Shown piece by piece: positions 9,530 through 19,272 of a stretch of DNA of 64,000 bases. The translations under genes were made by a program, and so were the position numbers. Each line of letters starts with the position of its first letter. The first letter of the stretch is position 1. Source of the stretch: an uncultured delta proteobacterium (GTDB lineage Bacteria; Myxococcota_A; Polyangia; Polyangiales; Polyangiaceae); contig CAWKKR010000001.1 of the NCBI GenBank assembly GCA_963850305.1, positions 416,001 through 480,000 on the forward strand, written 5' to 3'. Under the pieces are notes generated by a model. The model was not told the origin of the DNA. It ran no database searches and saw only the letters and a list, made by a program, of their open reading frames with translations.

Positions 9530-10801
9530 GTGAGGTGCAATCGTTGCGGCGCGGACAACCCGGCGAACCTCATCTTTTGCAGGGATTGCGGCAATCGATT
9601 GGCCGAGCCCGCGGCCCCGCCGCTCAATCCTCGTACCTCGGCACCGAGACCGGCCGCACCGAGCTTCGAGTTTGCGCCCCGGCCAGGCCCGGCGGCGCAG
9701 GCGCCTCTTTCGCCCTGTCCGCGCTGCGCAACGCCGAATCCTCCTTCGAACCGATTCTGTTCGGGCTGCGGCGCGCCTCTCGCGGCGGCACAACCTGCGG
9801 GCATCCCGGCGCCAATCCCCGTGCAGCCACGACCGGCGGCGCCGAATGCGCCCCGCCAGCCCGTCGCTCCTCCAGGGGCACCCCTGAATCCCCGACCCCC
9901 TTTCCCCGTGGGCGGAGCACCGCAGCAGCGCATTTGCGCTCGATGCCGGGGAGTGAATCCGCCGGGGATGCAGTTCTGCCAGTTCTGCGGCACCTCCCTC
10001 GCCGCCGAGCCCGTACCCGCTCCAGTCGCGCCCCGAAGCGCAGCGCCGGGACCCGCCGGAGCGCGGAGGGCGGAGCTCATGCAGCACCAGCCGGTGCAGG
10101 GCGTCGCCCCGGGGGATGGCTGGCAGGCTCAGGCACACGCGCGGGGAGCCGCGCGCCTCGTCGTGATCACCCAGGACGGCACGGCCGGGCGGACCTACGA
10201 GGTTAATGAAGTCCAGGTCGACGTCGGTCGGGACGAAGGCGGCATCCAGTTACCGAACGACCCCTATGTTTCCCCCCGGCACGCGCGGCTTCGACGCAGC
10301 GGCGGCCAGTTTTTCGTCCGGGATCTCGGCTCCGTGAATGGCGTCTATGTACGCCTCCGGCGCCCCGAGAAGCTGGACCACGGTGACTTGGTCTTGGTGG
10401 GCCTCGAGGTGTTAAGGTTCGAGCTCGTGAGCGAAGCGGAAAAGGCCCTGGGCCCAGCCCTCGACAGGGGGGTGCAAGTCTTCGGATCGCCGGCCACGAC
10501 CCGGTTCGCGCGGCTGTGCCAGCGGACCGTCGAAGGTGTCACACGCGACGTCTATTCGTTGTACCGTGACGAAACGATCATTGGCCGCGAGTCCGGCGAC
10601 ATCGTGTTCACCAGCGACCCATTCATGAGCCGACAGCATGCTGCCATCACCCGCGACCCCTACGACGGCACCTTCTCCGTCAAAGACCTCGGGTCGTCGA
10701 ATGGGACGTACCTCGCGATCAGGGCCGAGGTCGGCCTTCAAAGTGGAGACCACGTGAGAATCGGTCAGCACCTGTTCCGACTCGAAGTGGACCCCGAGTA
10801 G
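9530..10801 (+). CDS. Zinc-ribbon (three CxxC...FCxxCG) plus tandem FHA-domain protein
   Basis: Three ribbons in a Pro-rich N-terminus; two FHA signatures GR...S.HA...DLGS.NG.Y. Confidence 0.9.
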   Translation: MRCNRCGADNPANLIFCRDCGNRLAEPAAPPLNPRTSAPRPAAPSFEFAPRPGPAAQAPLSPCPRCATPNPPSNRFCSGCGAPLAAAQPAGIPAPIPVQPRPAAPNAPRQPVAPPGAPLNPRPPFPVGGAPQQRICARCRGVNPPGMQFCQFCGTSLAAEPVPAPVAPRSAAPGPAGARRAELMQHQPVQGVAPGDGWQAQAHARGAARLVVITQDGTAGRTYEVNEVQVDVGRDEGGIQLPNDPYVSPRHARLRRSGGQFFVRDLGSVNGVYVRLRRPEKLDHGDLVLVGLEVLRFELVSEAEKALGPALDRGVQVFGSPATTRFARLCQRTVEGVTRDVYSLYRDETIIGRESGDIVFTSDPFMSRQHAAITRDPYDGTFSVKDLGSSNGTYLAIRAEVGLQSGDHVRIGQHLFRLEVDPE

Positions 10802-10807
10802 CCCCAA

Positions 10808-12035
10808 ATGAGCGGCACGGGCAGCGCTGGTTCCTCCGGGGGCGAGATTCGCCTCAAACTGTTCGGTCGCACGGACGTCGGGCAGATCCGCGAGCACAAC
10901 GAAGATAACTTCCTGATCGCGGACCTGACGCGACAGAGCCGCGGCCTGATGGAGGCGGATCGGGAGCAGGTCGTCGGCCCCTCGGGTAACGTCTTCGGAG
11001 TTTGCGACGGGATGGGCGGCGCCGCCGCGGGTGAGGTCGCTAGCAAGCTCGCGGTCGACATCATCTACGAGAAGATGCTCTCGGGAGGAACTCCGGCGAA
11101 CCACGACGATCTCGCGCGACGATTGGTGTCGACGGTCGAAGAAGCGGGCCTTCGCATTTTCAACGAGGCGCGCGCGGATCGGACGCGGCGCGGAATGGGC
11201 ACGACGTCCACGGTCGCGGCCCTCCTCGATGCTCGCCTCTTCGTCGCTCAGGTCGGGGACAGCCGTGCCTACCTGCTCCGCGGGGGAACGCTGGTTCAAA
11301 TCACCCGCGACCAGTCCCTCGTGAACCAGCTCATCGAAGCCGGCCAGCTCACGGAGGAAGAGGCCGAGACCTTCGAGCACAACAACATCATTCTCCAGGC
11401 GCTCGGGACCGCGGAGACGGTTCAAGTCGATTTCGACGTTCGTCGACCTGCGACGCGGGGATGTCCTGGTGATGTGCTCCGACGGCCTCAGCGGCATGAT
11501 CAAAGCAGAGGACATTCGGACGGTGCTGGTCAGCACGTCGGATCCACTCGACGCGTGCAAGCAGCTCACCGAGCGCGCCAACCAGGCGGGTGGGCACGAC
11601 AACATCACGGTCATCGTCGTGCGGTTCGAGGGCGACGGCCTGGGCCCGACGCAGCCCACGGACGAGCCGGTGAAGTACCGGAAATACGGCCTTCCACAGA
11701 CACTCAACTCGAACGACGCAACGGCTCGTCCTGGTGGGCTTCCGTCCGCGACGGGGACCCCCGCGGCACCCGCAAGCGAAGAATCGGAGCGGGAATCCCG
11801 TCGCCTCCGCGTGGGACACACGATGGTCGGTATGTCCGTGCCGACTCCCTCGGGGTCCCACGCCGTCATCGATCCGGCCACGCAACGCTCTTCTTCCGGT
11901 GTCCCGAGACCGTTCCCGATGGAAGACGAACCGGTCGACCTCCCAACGACCGGGTTGCCTCCGTCCGTCATGGGCTTCATCGTGATCGGCGCGGTTCTGG
12001 TGGTCGTCGCGGCCGGCTTCTGGTTGCTTCGCTAG
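10808..12035 (+). CDS. PP2C-family (Stp1/PrpC-like) Ser/Thr phosphatase with C-terminal TM anchor; apparent 1-nt frameshift near 11429-11438
   Basis: TDVG..REHNEDN, VCDGMGG, MGTT and GDSRAY in one frame; CSDGL and GGHDNITV plus a hydrophobic C-terminus in the next frame (11469..12035). Confidence 0.88.
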
Positions 12036-12054
12036 CTCCCTGGCTCGCCATCGC

Positions 12055-13521
12055 ATGTTCAGAGAAGCGCTGCGCCGGATTCTCTGGCTCGGGCCGACGC
12101 TCCTCGTGGTGACGCTGCCCACGTTCTGGGCGCTCGCCCGCGCGGAAGGTCGGCTCGGTGCGACGTCGAACGGTTTACCCTTGTTCTTCAATGCGGACCC
12201 CGAGGGGGCGCGCGAACATGCCCTCGCGGCGGCGCGGCGGGTGGCGCGTGGTGGACCCGATGGCGTCAGCGCTGCCGCGGAGCTGGCGCGTCTCGGCGGG
12301 GCGGCAATCCCGCATGTGCTCTCGACCTTTGACGCCCTCGATCCCGGCGCGCGGGGACGTGTGGCGCTCGCGCTCTTGCCCATCGTCGCAAGGATGGGCG
12401 TGGGCGCACCCGAGTTCGAGTCCGATGAAACGGCGGCATTGTTTCTCGGCCGCTACTGGCGCGAGCACTCCGTCGACTTCCGTCCTGCAGTCGTCCATCG
12501 AGAAGTGGAACGATTTTCTGCCCATCCCTCCCCGCTACGGCTGGCAGAAGTGACGAGCTTGGACACCTTCGCGCTCGAAGCCTTGATCGACGGCATGCGA
12601 CCCCTGCGGACGCAGAACGACGTCGCCCGCGTGCGGCACCTGGCAGCGGTCGCGGCGCACGTCACCGGGGACCCCTGGACGATCCCTGAAGGCGCGTCGC
12701 TCGACGGTGCCCGCGGCGCGGTCGAGCGGTGGGAATCCTTCTGGCTGGAGCACCGCAGCGACTATGTCGCGCTAACGGGCCCACGGAGGCTCGGCGCGAC
12801 ACTCACGGAGACGCGCTACGGGCAATGGCTGGCCCGCCTCTTTCTTCGACTGCGTCATCGGCTGGACGGCGACCGAACCGTCGGGACCACGTTCGCTGCG
12901 CGCGGAGCCACGACGCTCGCGCTCGTCTTCTGGGCCTTCGCCGCCGGATATCCCCTCGCGCTAGTTGCGAGCATCATCCCCTCCTGGCGGCGGCGGCTCT
13001 CCGCGACGGTTTTTGCGGTGGCAGCCTGCGTCGCGAGCCTCGGTATCGTCGGGGTATCGGGCCTCCTGGCGAGGTTCCTGGGCCCCCGGCACGGCACTGA
13101 GTGCGCTGCGGCCGCGATGATCGCCGTGGGAGCCGCGCTGGCACTCCATCGCTATCGCGCGCTCACTCGACGCACTGCGGAGCTGCCGCACATTCGCACG
13201 GCGCTCGCGTTTGGCGCCTCGCCGCTGCGGGTGTCGCTCGTGAACCTGAGACTCGTCTTCGGCGCTGCCCTCGCGCTCGCGGTGGCGGATCTGCCTGGCG
13301 TCATCACGGCCTCGTTCGTCGTCGAGCGGGTGTTCTCGTTGAAGGGACTGGGCCAGACGGTGGTCGAAGCGGCGCGTTCGGGCGATCACACGTCACTGAT
13401 GACCCTCGCCCTGATCGGAACCCTGACACTCGGGCTCGCTCAGATCGCCTCGGACCTGCTCCTCGGCGTTGCGGATCCGCGTGTTCGAGGCGTGCGCCGC
13501 ACCGAGGGGGTCCGGACTTGA
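12055..13521 (+). CDS. Atypical OppB/DppB-like ABC permease with a large helical-repeat insertion
   Basis: C-terminal HIRTALAFGAS (EAA-loop-like), SFVVERVFSLKGLGQ and SDLLLGVADPRVR match DppB/OppB; a soluble insert of about 230 aa follows TM1. Confidence 0.7.
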   Translation: MFREALRRILWLGPTLLVVTLPTFWALARAEGRLGATSNGLPLFFNADPEGAREHALAAARRVARGGPDGVSAAAELARLGGAAIPHVLSTFDALDPGARGRVALALLPIVARMGVGAPEFESDETAALFLGRYWREHSVDFRPAVVHREVERFSAHPSPLRLAEVTSLDTFALEALIDGMRPLRTQNDVARVRHLAAVAAHVTGDPWTIPEGASLDGARGAVERWESFWLEHRSDYVALTGPRRLGATLTETRYGQWLARLFLRLRHRLDGDRTVGTTFAARGATTLALVFWAFAAGYPLALVASIIPSWRRRLSATVFAVAACVASLGIVGVSGLLARFLGPRHGTECAAAAMIAVGAALALHRYRALTRRTAELPHIRTALAFGASPLRVSLVNLRLVFGAALALAVADLPGVITASFVVERVFSLKGLGQTVVEAARSGDHTSLMTLALIGTLTLGLAQIASDLLLGVADPRVRGVRRTEGVRT

Positions 13522-14261
13522 AGCGAGCGCGTCGGACGTTATGGACGCCGAGCGTCGTGCTCCTCGGCTTCGCGGTCGTGTCGGCGGTCCTCGGGAATCC
13601 CTGCGCGTTGGCTCTGGCCGGCTCCGACTCGAGCTTGTTCGCGTGGACCAACGGCGCGCGGGGGACGATCTCCGTCGCGGCCCTCGTCCTGTTCGCGACG
13701 CTCGCCATCGGCACCTTCGCGGGTGGGATCGCCGCTCTGGGTCCGCGCCTCGCGGACGCTTGCCTGACAAGCGTGATGGAGATCGGCGGGGCGCTTCCGT
13801 CGATCGCCGCAGTCGTCGTGCTCCACGCGATCACGCCCGTACCCGCATTGCTGGCGGTCGGGCTCGTGCTCGCCGTTCTGCAAGGGCTCGCGACCGCGAA
13901 GGCCATCCGCGCCCAGATTCTCCAGCTTCTGACCTCGGACTTCATGATGGCGTCGCGCGCACTCGGGTGCGGACGAACCCGATTGTTCTTCTCACACCTG
14001 CTTCCGCACGTCGCAAGCTCGGCGCTGGCGGGAGCGACCTCGAGCGCGGCGGCGGTGATGGGACTCGACGCTGCGCTGTCCTTCCTGGGGCTAGAAACCA
14101 CCGGACCGAGCTTCGGCGCGATGCTCGCCGACTCGGTCAACCGCGGAAGAGTTCTGGTGGGCCTTTTCCCGGTCGCGACCGTGGCAGCCGTCGTCTTTTC
14201 CCTCCAGGTGGTCGCGGAATCCATCGAAGATCGGTTCGCCCCCGGCCGGCGATTCCTCTGA
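13518..14261 (+). CDS. OppC/DppC-like ABC permease
   Basis: GARGTISVA, DFMMASRALG, HLLP, ALSFLGL, PSFGAML; TTGA overlap with the upstream stop. Confidence 0.75.
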   Translation: MKRARRTLWTPSVVLLGFAVVSAVLGNPCALALAGSDSSLFAWTNGARGTISVAALVLFATLAIGTFAGGIAALGPRLADACLTSVMEIGGALPSIAAVVVLHAITPVPALLAVGLVLAVLQGLATAKAIRAQILQLLTSDFMMASRALGCGRTRLFFSHLLPHVASSALAGATSSAAAVMGLDAALSFLGLETTGPSFGAMLADSVNRGRVLVGLFPVATVAAVVFSLQVVAESIEDRFAPGRRFL

Positions 14262-14333
14262 CCCGGAAGATCGTCTCGGTCGCCAACGCCCAGGGCGGCG
14301 TGAGAAATGCGAAACTTGGTGTAGATTCGCACC

Positions 14334-14975
14334 ATGGCGCTCGCCACCGTCACCGACAGTACGTTCGAACAAGAGATTCTGAGGAGCGAGCTCCCCGTGC
14401 TCGTGGAGTTTTCCGCGGAATGGTGCGGCCCGTGCAAGACCATCCTGCCGGAGCTTCGCGCCCTCTCCGATGAGCTCAAAGACAAGGCCAAGGTAGTGAC
14501 CATCGACGTGGACAAGTCGCCCGTGGTCGCTCGCGAGCTGGGCGTGCAGTCGGTGCCCACGTTCGTCGTGTTTCATCAAGGGCGCCCGGTGGGCGGCAGA
14601 GTGGGTGCGCTCCGGCGCGCGCAGCTACGCGAAATGATCGAGCCGTTCCTGCCCCGTTCGGCAGGCGCGCTCAAACCGGCGGAGCTCGCGCAGCTACTCC
14701 AGCGCGGCCAGGTGGTTCCCGTCGACACCCGCGAAGCTCCGGTATTTCAGCGCGCGCACCTGCCCTCTGCGGTGAACTTCCCCATGGAAGAGCTCCCGTC
14801 GCGCCTCGCGGAGCTCCACATGCTTCCGGCGTCGCCCGTGCTCTACTGTCGGGCCGGAGACAAGACGAAGGAGCTTGCCGAGAAGTTCGCGCAAGAAGGA
14901 ACGCCCGTCGCATTCCTCGAAGGGGGCCTTCTCGGCTGGGAGAGCGCGGGGTTCGAGCTAGAACGTCCCGATTGA
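14334..14975 (+). CDS. Thioredoxin-rhodanese fusion protein
   Basis: WCGPC and SVPT in the N-domain; VDTRE, HLPSA.N, LYCRAG and LEGG..GW in the C-domain. Confidence 0.9.
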   Translation: MALATVTDSTFEQEILRSELPVLVEFSAEWCGPCKTILPELRALSDELKDKAKVVTIDVDKSPVVARELGVQSVPTFVVFHQGRPVGGRVGALRRAQLREMIEPFLPRSAGALKPAELAQLLQRGQVVPVDTREAPVFQRAHLPSAVNFPMEELPSRLAELHMLPASPVLYCRAGDKTKELAEKFAQEGTPVAFLEGGLLGWESAGFELERPD

Positions 14976-16361
14976 GGCGACGCGCATCGCTTCGGCGAGA
15001 ACCGTGCGAATCGAGACGCCCGCACGTTCCGCGGCGCGCGCGCAAGCGTCGAACTCGGGCTTGATGACGGGCTCACCGAAAGGTCCACCGCTCACCTTAA
15101 CCGGGATTTCCCCGAAGCGCGTCGCGACGAGGCGCGTCTCGCGTGGACGCTCGAGACGGTGAGCGGGCGTCCATCTGACACCGATGCTCGTCGTCTCGCG
15201 GAGCATCGCTTCGGCGACACGATTGACCTCCGAGCGCCGCGCAACGGCCGACATCACCAGGGCGGGCCTTCCCTTTTTCATCGTGACCGGCGTCGCCCAG
15301 GCGTCCAGCGCTCCCGCGGCGAGCAGGGCGGCGATCGCGTTTCCCGCTAGCTCGCCCGTGATGTCGTCCACGTTTGCCTCGACCACGACGTGATCCCCAC
15401 CCGCCTCGCCATCCGGCAATCCCGGGTTAGGCACCCCGATGACCGCTCGGAGGGCATTCGGCCGATCGGGCAACGTCACGGTGCCCGCGCCCCACCCGAT
15501 GCGCTCAGGAATGAATGACGGCCATGACTCGAATCGGCACGCCAGCGTGGCCACGATCGCGGCTCCGGTCGGCGTGACGAGCTCCGCCTCGATGCCCGCA
15601 TCGAAGGTCGGCACACCGCGGAGGCAGGCCAGCGCGGCCGGGGCGGGCAGCGGCAGAGTCCCATGGCGACTATTCACGAAGCCGCGACCGAGCGGCAGCG
15701 GAGAACAGACGATCTCCGCACCCAGGTATGCAGCGCAAGCCGCCGCGCCGACGATGTCCACGATTGCATCGGCAGCGCCGACCTCGTGAAAGTGAACCTG
15801 GTCGAGCGGGATTCGGTGCACCCTCGCCTCGGCCTCACCGAGGCGCCGGAAGATCGCTCGCGCCGCGTCCCTGACGGCCGTGTCGATCGGTGCCGTCCGA
15901 ATGAGCTCGTCGACTTCCCGATAGTGCCGCTCGGGTTGCCTGCCGTTCACTGATACCTCGAAACGAGTGGCGCCGATGGAAAGCGCGCGGGCGCGCATCA
16001 CGCGAATCGACACACCGTCGAGGCTGAGCCCCGCGACCGCCCGCTCCACGACCGAAAAGGGAACGCCTAGATCGACCAAGGCTGCAATCGTCATGTCCCC
16101 TGCGACGCCACTGGCTGCATCGAGAAACAGCGTCTTCCCTCGTCCGTGACCTTCGTCGAGTGGCTCGCGATGCTCCTCCGCCCCCGGGGCCGCACGCTCC
16201 GACGGAACGTCCGCGTGCCCCCCACCGTCGCCGTGAACGTGATGATGATGGTCGTGTGCGCCGTCCAGGTGAGACTTGGCTGCGCGCCGCGAATGCGAGA
16301 CGGCACGGCCCTTCGAGTCGTGCGCGGATTTCGGCAGTGGCTTCTGCGCGCGCGGACTCAC
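14958..16361 (-). CDS. larC: Nickel-pincer cofactor biosynthesis nickel insertase LarC
   Basis: SGVAGDM, EARVH, VHFHEVGAADAIVDIVG, HG.LP.PAPA, ELVTPTGAAI, EANVDD, MKKGRP, ETTSIGVR, KPEFD. Confidence 0.95.
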   Translation of the reverse strand: MSPRAQKPLPKSAHDSKGRAVSHSRRAAKSHLDGAHDHHHHVHGDGGGHADVPSERAAPGAEEHREPLDEGHGRGKTLFLDAASGVAGDMTIAALVDLGVPFSVVERAVAGLSLDGVSIRVMRARALSIGATRFEVSVNGRQPERHYREVDELIRTAPIDTAVRDAARAIFRRLGEAEARVHRIPLDQVHFHEVGAADAIVDIVGAAACAAYLGAEIVCSPLPLGRGFVNSRHGTLPLPAPAALACLRGVPTFDAGIEAELVTPTGAAIVATLACRFESWPSFIPERIGWGAGTVTLPDRPNALRAVIGVPNPGLPDGEAGGDHVVVEANVDDITGELAGNAIAALLAAGALDAWATPVTMKKGRPALVMSAVARRSEVNRVAEAMLRETTSIGVRWTPAHRLERPRETRLVATRFGEIPVKVSGGPFGEPVIKPEFDACARAAERAGVSIRTVLAEAMRVASIGTF

Positions 16362-17113
16362 GGCGCACCTGCGTTAGCGAGCCGCACGACGGCCATAGCC
16401 GCTCCGAAGCCGTTGTCGATGTTCACCACGGTGACGCCCGCGGCGCAGCTCGAGAGCATGCCGAAGAGCGCTGTGACGCCGAAGAACGACACTCCGTAGC
16501 CGATCGACGTGGGTACTGCGACGACGGGTGCCGCCACGAGCCCCCCAATCACACTCGCGAGAGCCCCTTCCATGCCGGCCACGACGATGACCGCGTGCGC
16601 CTCCCTCAGGGCTTCGATCTGCCCGAGGACGCGATGAAGGCCCGCGACCCCCACATCGAAGATCCGCCGCGTCCGCACGCCACACATCTCGAGAGTCTCG
16701 AGAGCCTCTTCGGCGACGGGGATGTCGCTCGTGCCGGCGGTGACTACGGCGACGAAGCCGTCGCGCGTCGCGACCGGCGACGCGCGAAACGTCGCGACGC
16801 GCGCGGTCGAGCGATACACGAGCGCCGGCACGCGGGCCAGCACGGCACCGGCGACATCGGCTGCCAAACGGGTTACGAGCACGGCGTGGCCGCCGCCGAT
16901 GAGTTCCTCACAAACACCGGCGATCTGGTCCACTGTTTTCCCGGGGGCGAAAACCACCTCCGGCACGCCTTGCCGGAGCGCGCGATGGTGGTCCACCTGC
17001 GCGTAGCCGAGATCCGCGAATGGCAGTGTGGCAAGCTCCGACAGCGCTTTTGAGACGTCGACTTCGCCGGAATGCACGCGCGCGAGCAGAAGCTCCAGGC
17101 GCTTGGGATCCAT
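16358..17113 (-). CDS. larB: Nickel-pincer cofactor biosynthesis protein LarB
   Basis: DHHR.LRQGVPEVVF..GK, AGTSDIPVAEEA, DVGVAGLHR, AGMEGAL.S, PTSIGYG, VNIDNGFGAA. Confidence 0.95.
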   Translation of the reverse strand: MDPKRLELLLARVHSGEVDVSKALSELATLPFADLGYAQVDHHRALRQGVPEVVFAPGKTVDQIAGVCEELIGGGHAVLVTRLAADVAGAVLARVPALVYRSTARVATFRASPVATRDGFVAVVTAGTSDIPVAEEALETLEMCGVRTRRIFDVGVAGLHRVLGQIEALREAHAVIVVAGMEGALASVIGGLVAAPVVAVPTSIGYGVSFFGVTALFGMLSSCAAGVTVVNIDNGFGAAMAVVRLANAGAP

Positions 17114-17200
17114 CGCGACCTCATGTACCCCAGCCCCCGCGACTCGGCGACAGTCTTTTTTTCGCGTCTCGTCGTCCGTTCGGCGAGTAACCTCCACCGA

Positions 17201-17767
17201 ATGCCGATCGTCGCGGCGCCGCTCTTCGGGTTCTCACTCGGAATCGTCTTTGCTTGGGCGGGCTGCGACGAACTCGCGCGCCTCGGGAGCGGCATCACGA
17301 GCCGCTCCCTGGTCGTCACCGCGCTTTTCGGGGTGCTCGTCTACGCGCCGACCTGTGGCTACTTCCAGGCGTTCTTCCCGGATTGGTCCTACGCTTACCT
17401 GCTCGACGCCGAACGCCGACCCGTCGTGCTCGATCTTGCGACGCTCCTCGTCGATGCCCTCAGTCCGGCCGTCGGCCTCGTGTTGTTCTCCAGAGCAGCC
17501 GCAGCACGAAGGAGCGCGACGCTAGCCCGCGCGGCCGCGGTCCCGGCCCTCGTGGCCGCATTGTTCATCCTTTCGATGTTGTCGCGGCTCAGGGTCTTCG
17601 GTACCTACGCGCAGTTCCACGGGGACTTCGGCACGGAGCCGCTGACGGGCAGTCCGATCGGATACGCCCTGGTCTGGATGACCGCCATTGTCACCGGCGC
17701 GACGGCTTTCACCATCCACGTGCTCCGGCGTCTCGGCGAACCCGGCTCGCGGCAAGATCCGATCTGA
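17201..17767 (+). CDS. Hypothetical integral membrane protein
   Basis: About five hydrophobic segments, PDWSYAYL motif; divergent from larB. Confidence 0.7.
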   Translation: MPIVAAPLFGFSLGIVFAWAGCDELARLGSGITSRSLVVTALFGVLVYAPTCGYFQAFFPDWSYAYLLDAERRPVVLDLATLLVDALSPAVGLVLFSRAAAARRSATLARAAAVPALVAALFILSMLSRLRVFGTYAQFHGDFGTEPLTGSPIGYALVWMTAIVTGATAFTIHVLRRLGEPGSRQDPI

Positions 17768-17800
17768 CGCAGGGTCGTATTCGAGAAGAAAGGTACGACG

Positions 17801-19160
17801 ATGTCTTCTCCAGAAATCGAACTCGAAAGTCTCGCCGCCTCACTGGTCGAACGCGCACGCAGGGCAGGCGCAGATGTCGCCGAAGCGAAAGCGCAGTCCG
17901 GATGGGAGCTGACCGTTCGCGTTCGTCTGGGAGAGCCCGAGCTCGTGCAAGAGGCCGGCAGCCGCGCCGTCTCGCTGCGCGTGATGAAGGGCGGGCGGGT
18001 CGCTCTCACGTCGACGAGCGACGTCTCGGAGACGGGGCTCGCGCGAGCCGTCGCAGACGCAATGGAACTGGTAGAGTTGAGCGAAGTCGACCCCTTCGCT
18101 GGCCCTGCGGACCCCGCGTTCCTTTCGAAGCCGCCCTACCCCGATTCTCGATCTCCACGACCCCGCTGTCGAAAGCGTCGACGCCGAACGAGCGTTGGAT
18201 ATCGCGACGCGTGCGGAACGAGCGGCGCTCGCGTTCGATCCGCGCATTACCCTCAGCGAGGGAGCCTCTTTCTCGCGCGTCACCGGGCATTCCGCGCTGG
18301 TCCTGTCGGGAGGGTTCACCGGAACGAGTGCCGGCTCCTACGCATCGCTAGTGGTTGCACCGGTCGCGATGGACGTCGGCGGCAAGCGACGCCGCGGACA
18401 CTACTGGTCGGCGCGACGTCACCTCTCGGACCTCGAGACCGCGGAGAGCGTCGGGGCAGAGGCCGCGCGACGAACCCTCCGCCAGCTCGGACCGAGAAAA
18501 GTCGCGACCTGCGAGGCGCCAATTGTGTTTTCACCTGACGCCGCGAGATCAATCCTCGGCACGTTCGCGGGATGCATCGTGGGCGGGGCCGTGTGGCGCA
18601 AATCGACATATCTCGTGGGGCGCGAGGACACGCAGGTGGCAAATCAACTGGTCACTATCGTGGACGACCCTTTCATTCCTCGAGGGCCGGGCTCGCGGGC
18701 ATTCGACGGGGAGGGTCTCGCCTCGCAACGCAACGTGGTGGTCGAGGGCGGCGTGCTCAAGACCTTCTTGCTCGACTCGTACAGCGCTAGAAAACTCGGG
18801 CGTCAGTCCACGGCGAGCGGCGCCCGGTCCGGCGGCGTCTCGGCATCGACGACGAACTTCGTCCTCCAGAATGGCGGCGTGTCGCACGATGACCTCGTCC
18901 GCTCGACGCCGCGCGGTCTATATGTGACGGACATGATGGGTTTTGGATTCAATGCCATCACCGGTGACTTTTCCCGTGGCGCGAGCGGCTTCTGGATCGA
19001 AAATGGCGAGCTCGCTCACGCCGTGAGCGAAGTGACGATCTCATCGAACCTCGACGCCATGTTGTTCGGAATCGATGCCGTTGCGAACGACCTCGATCTG
19101 AAGACGTCGACGGCGGCTCCCACGTTCCGCGTCGCGTCCATGACGATTGCCGGAACCTGA
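17801..19160 (+). CDS. pmbA: TldD/PmbA-family protein, PmbA(TldE)-like; apparent 1-nt frameshift near 18143-18148
   Basis: N-terminal GADVAEA...VRLGEPE; after repair PDLDLHDP; then FDGEG, TGDFSRGASGFWIENGE and VSEVTI; no HExxGH motif. Confidence 0.85.
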
Positions 19161-19272
19161 GTTCCCCCGGAGGCGCACGAGGCCCGCGCGATCAGGCCTC
19201 CCTGGGGTGGTATTGGTTTTGTCGGTGCGAATTTGCGAATGTCCTTCGTACCATGAAGCGGCGTGAGGTGGC

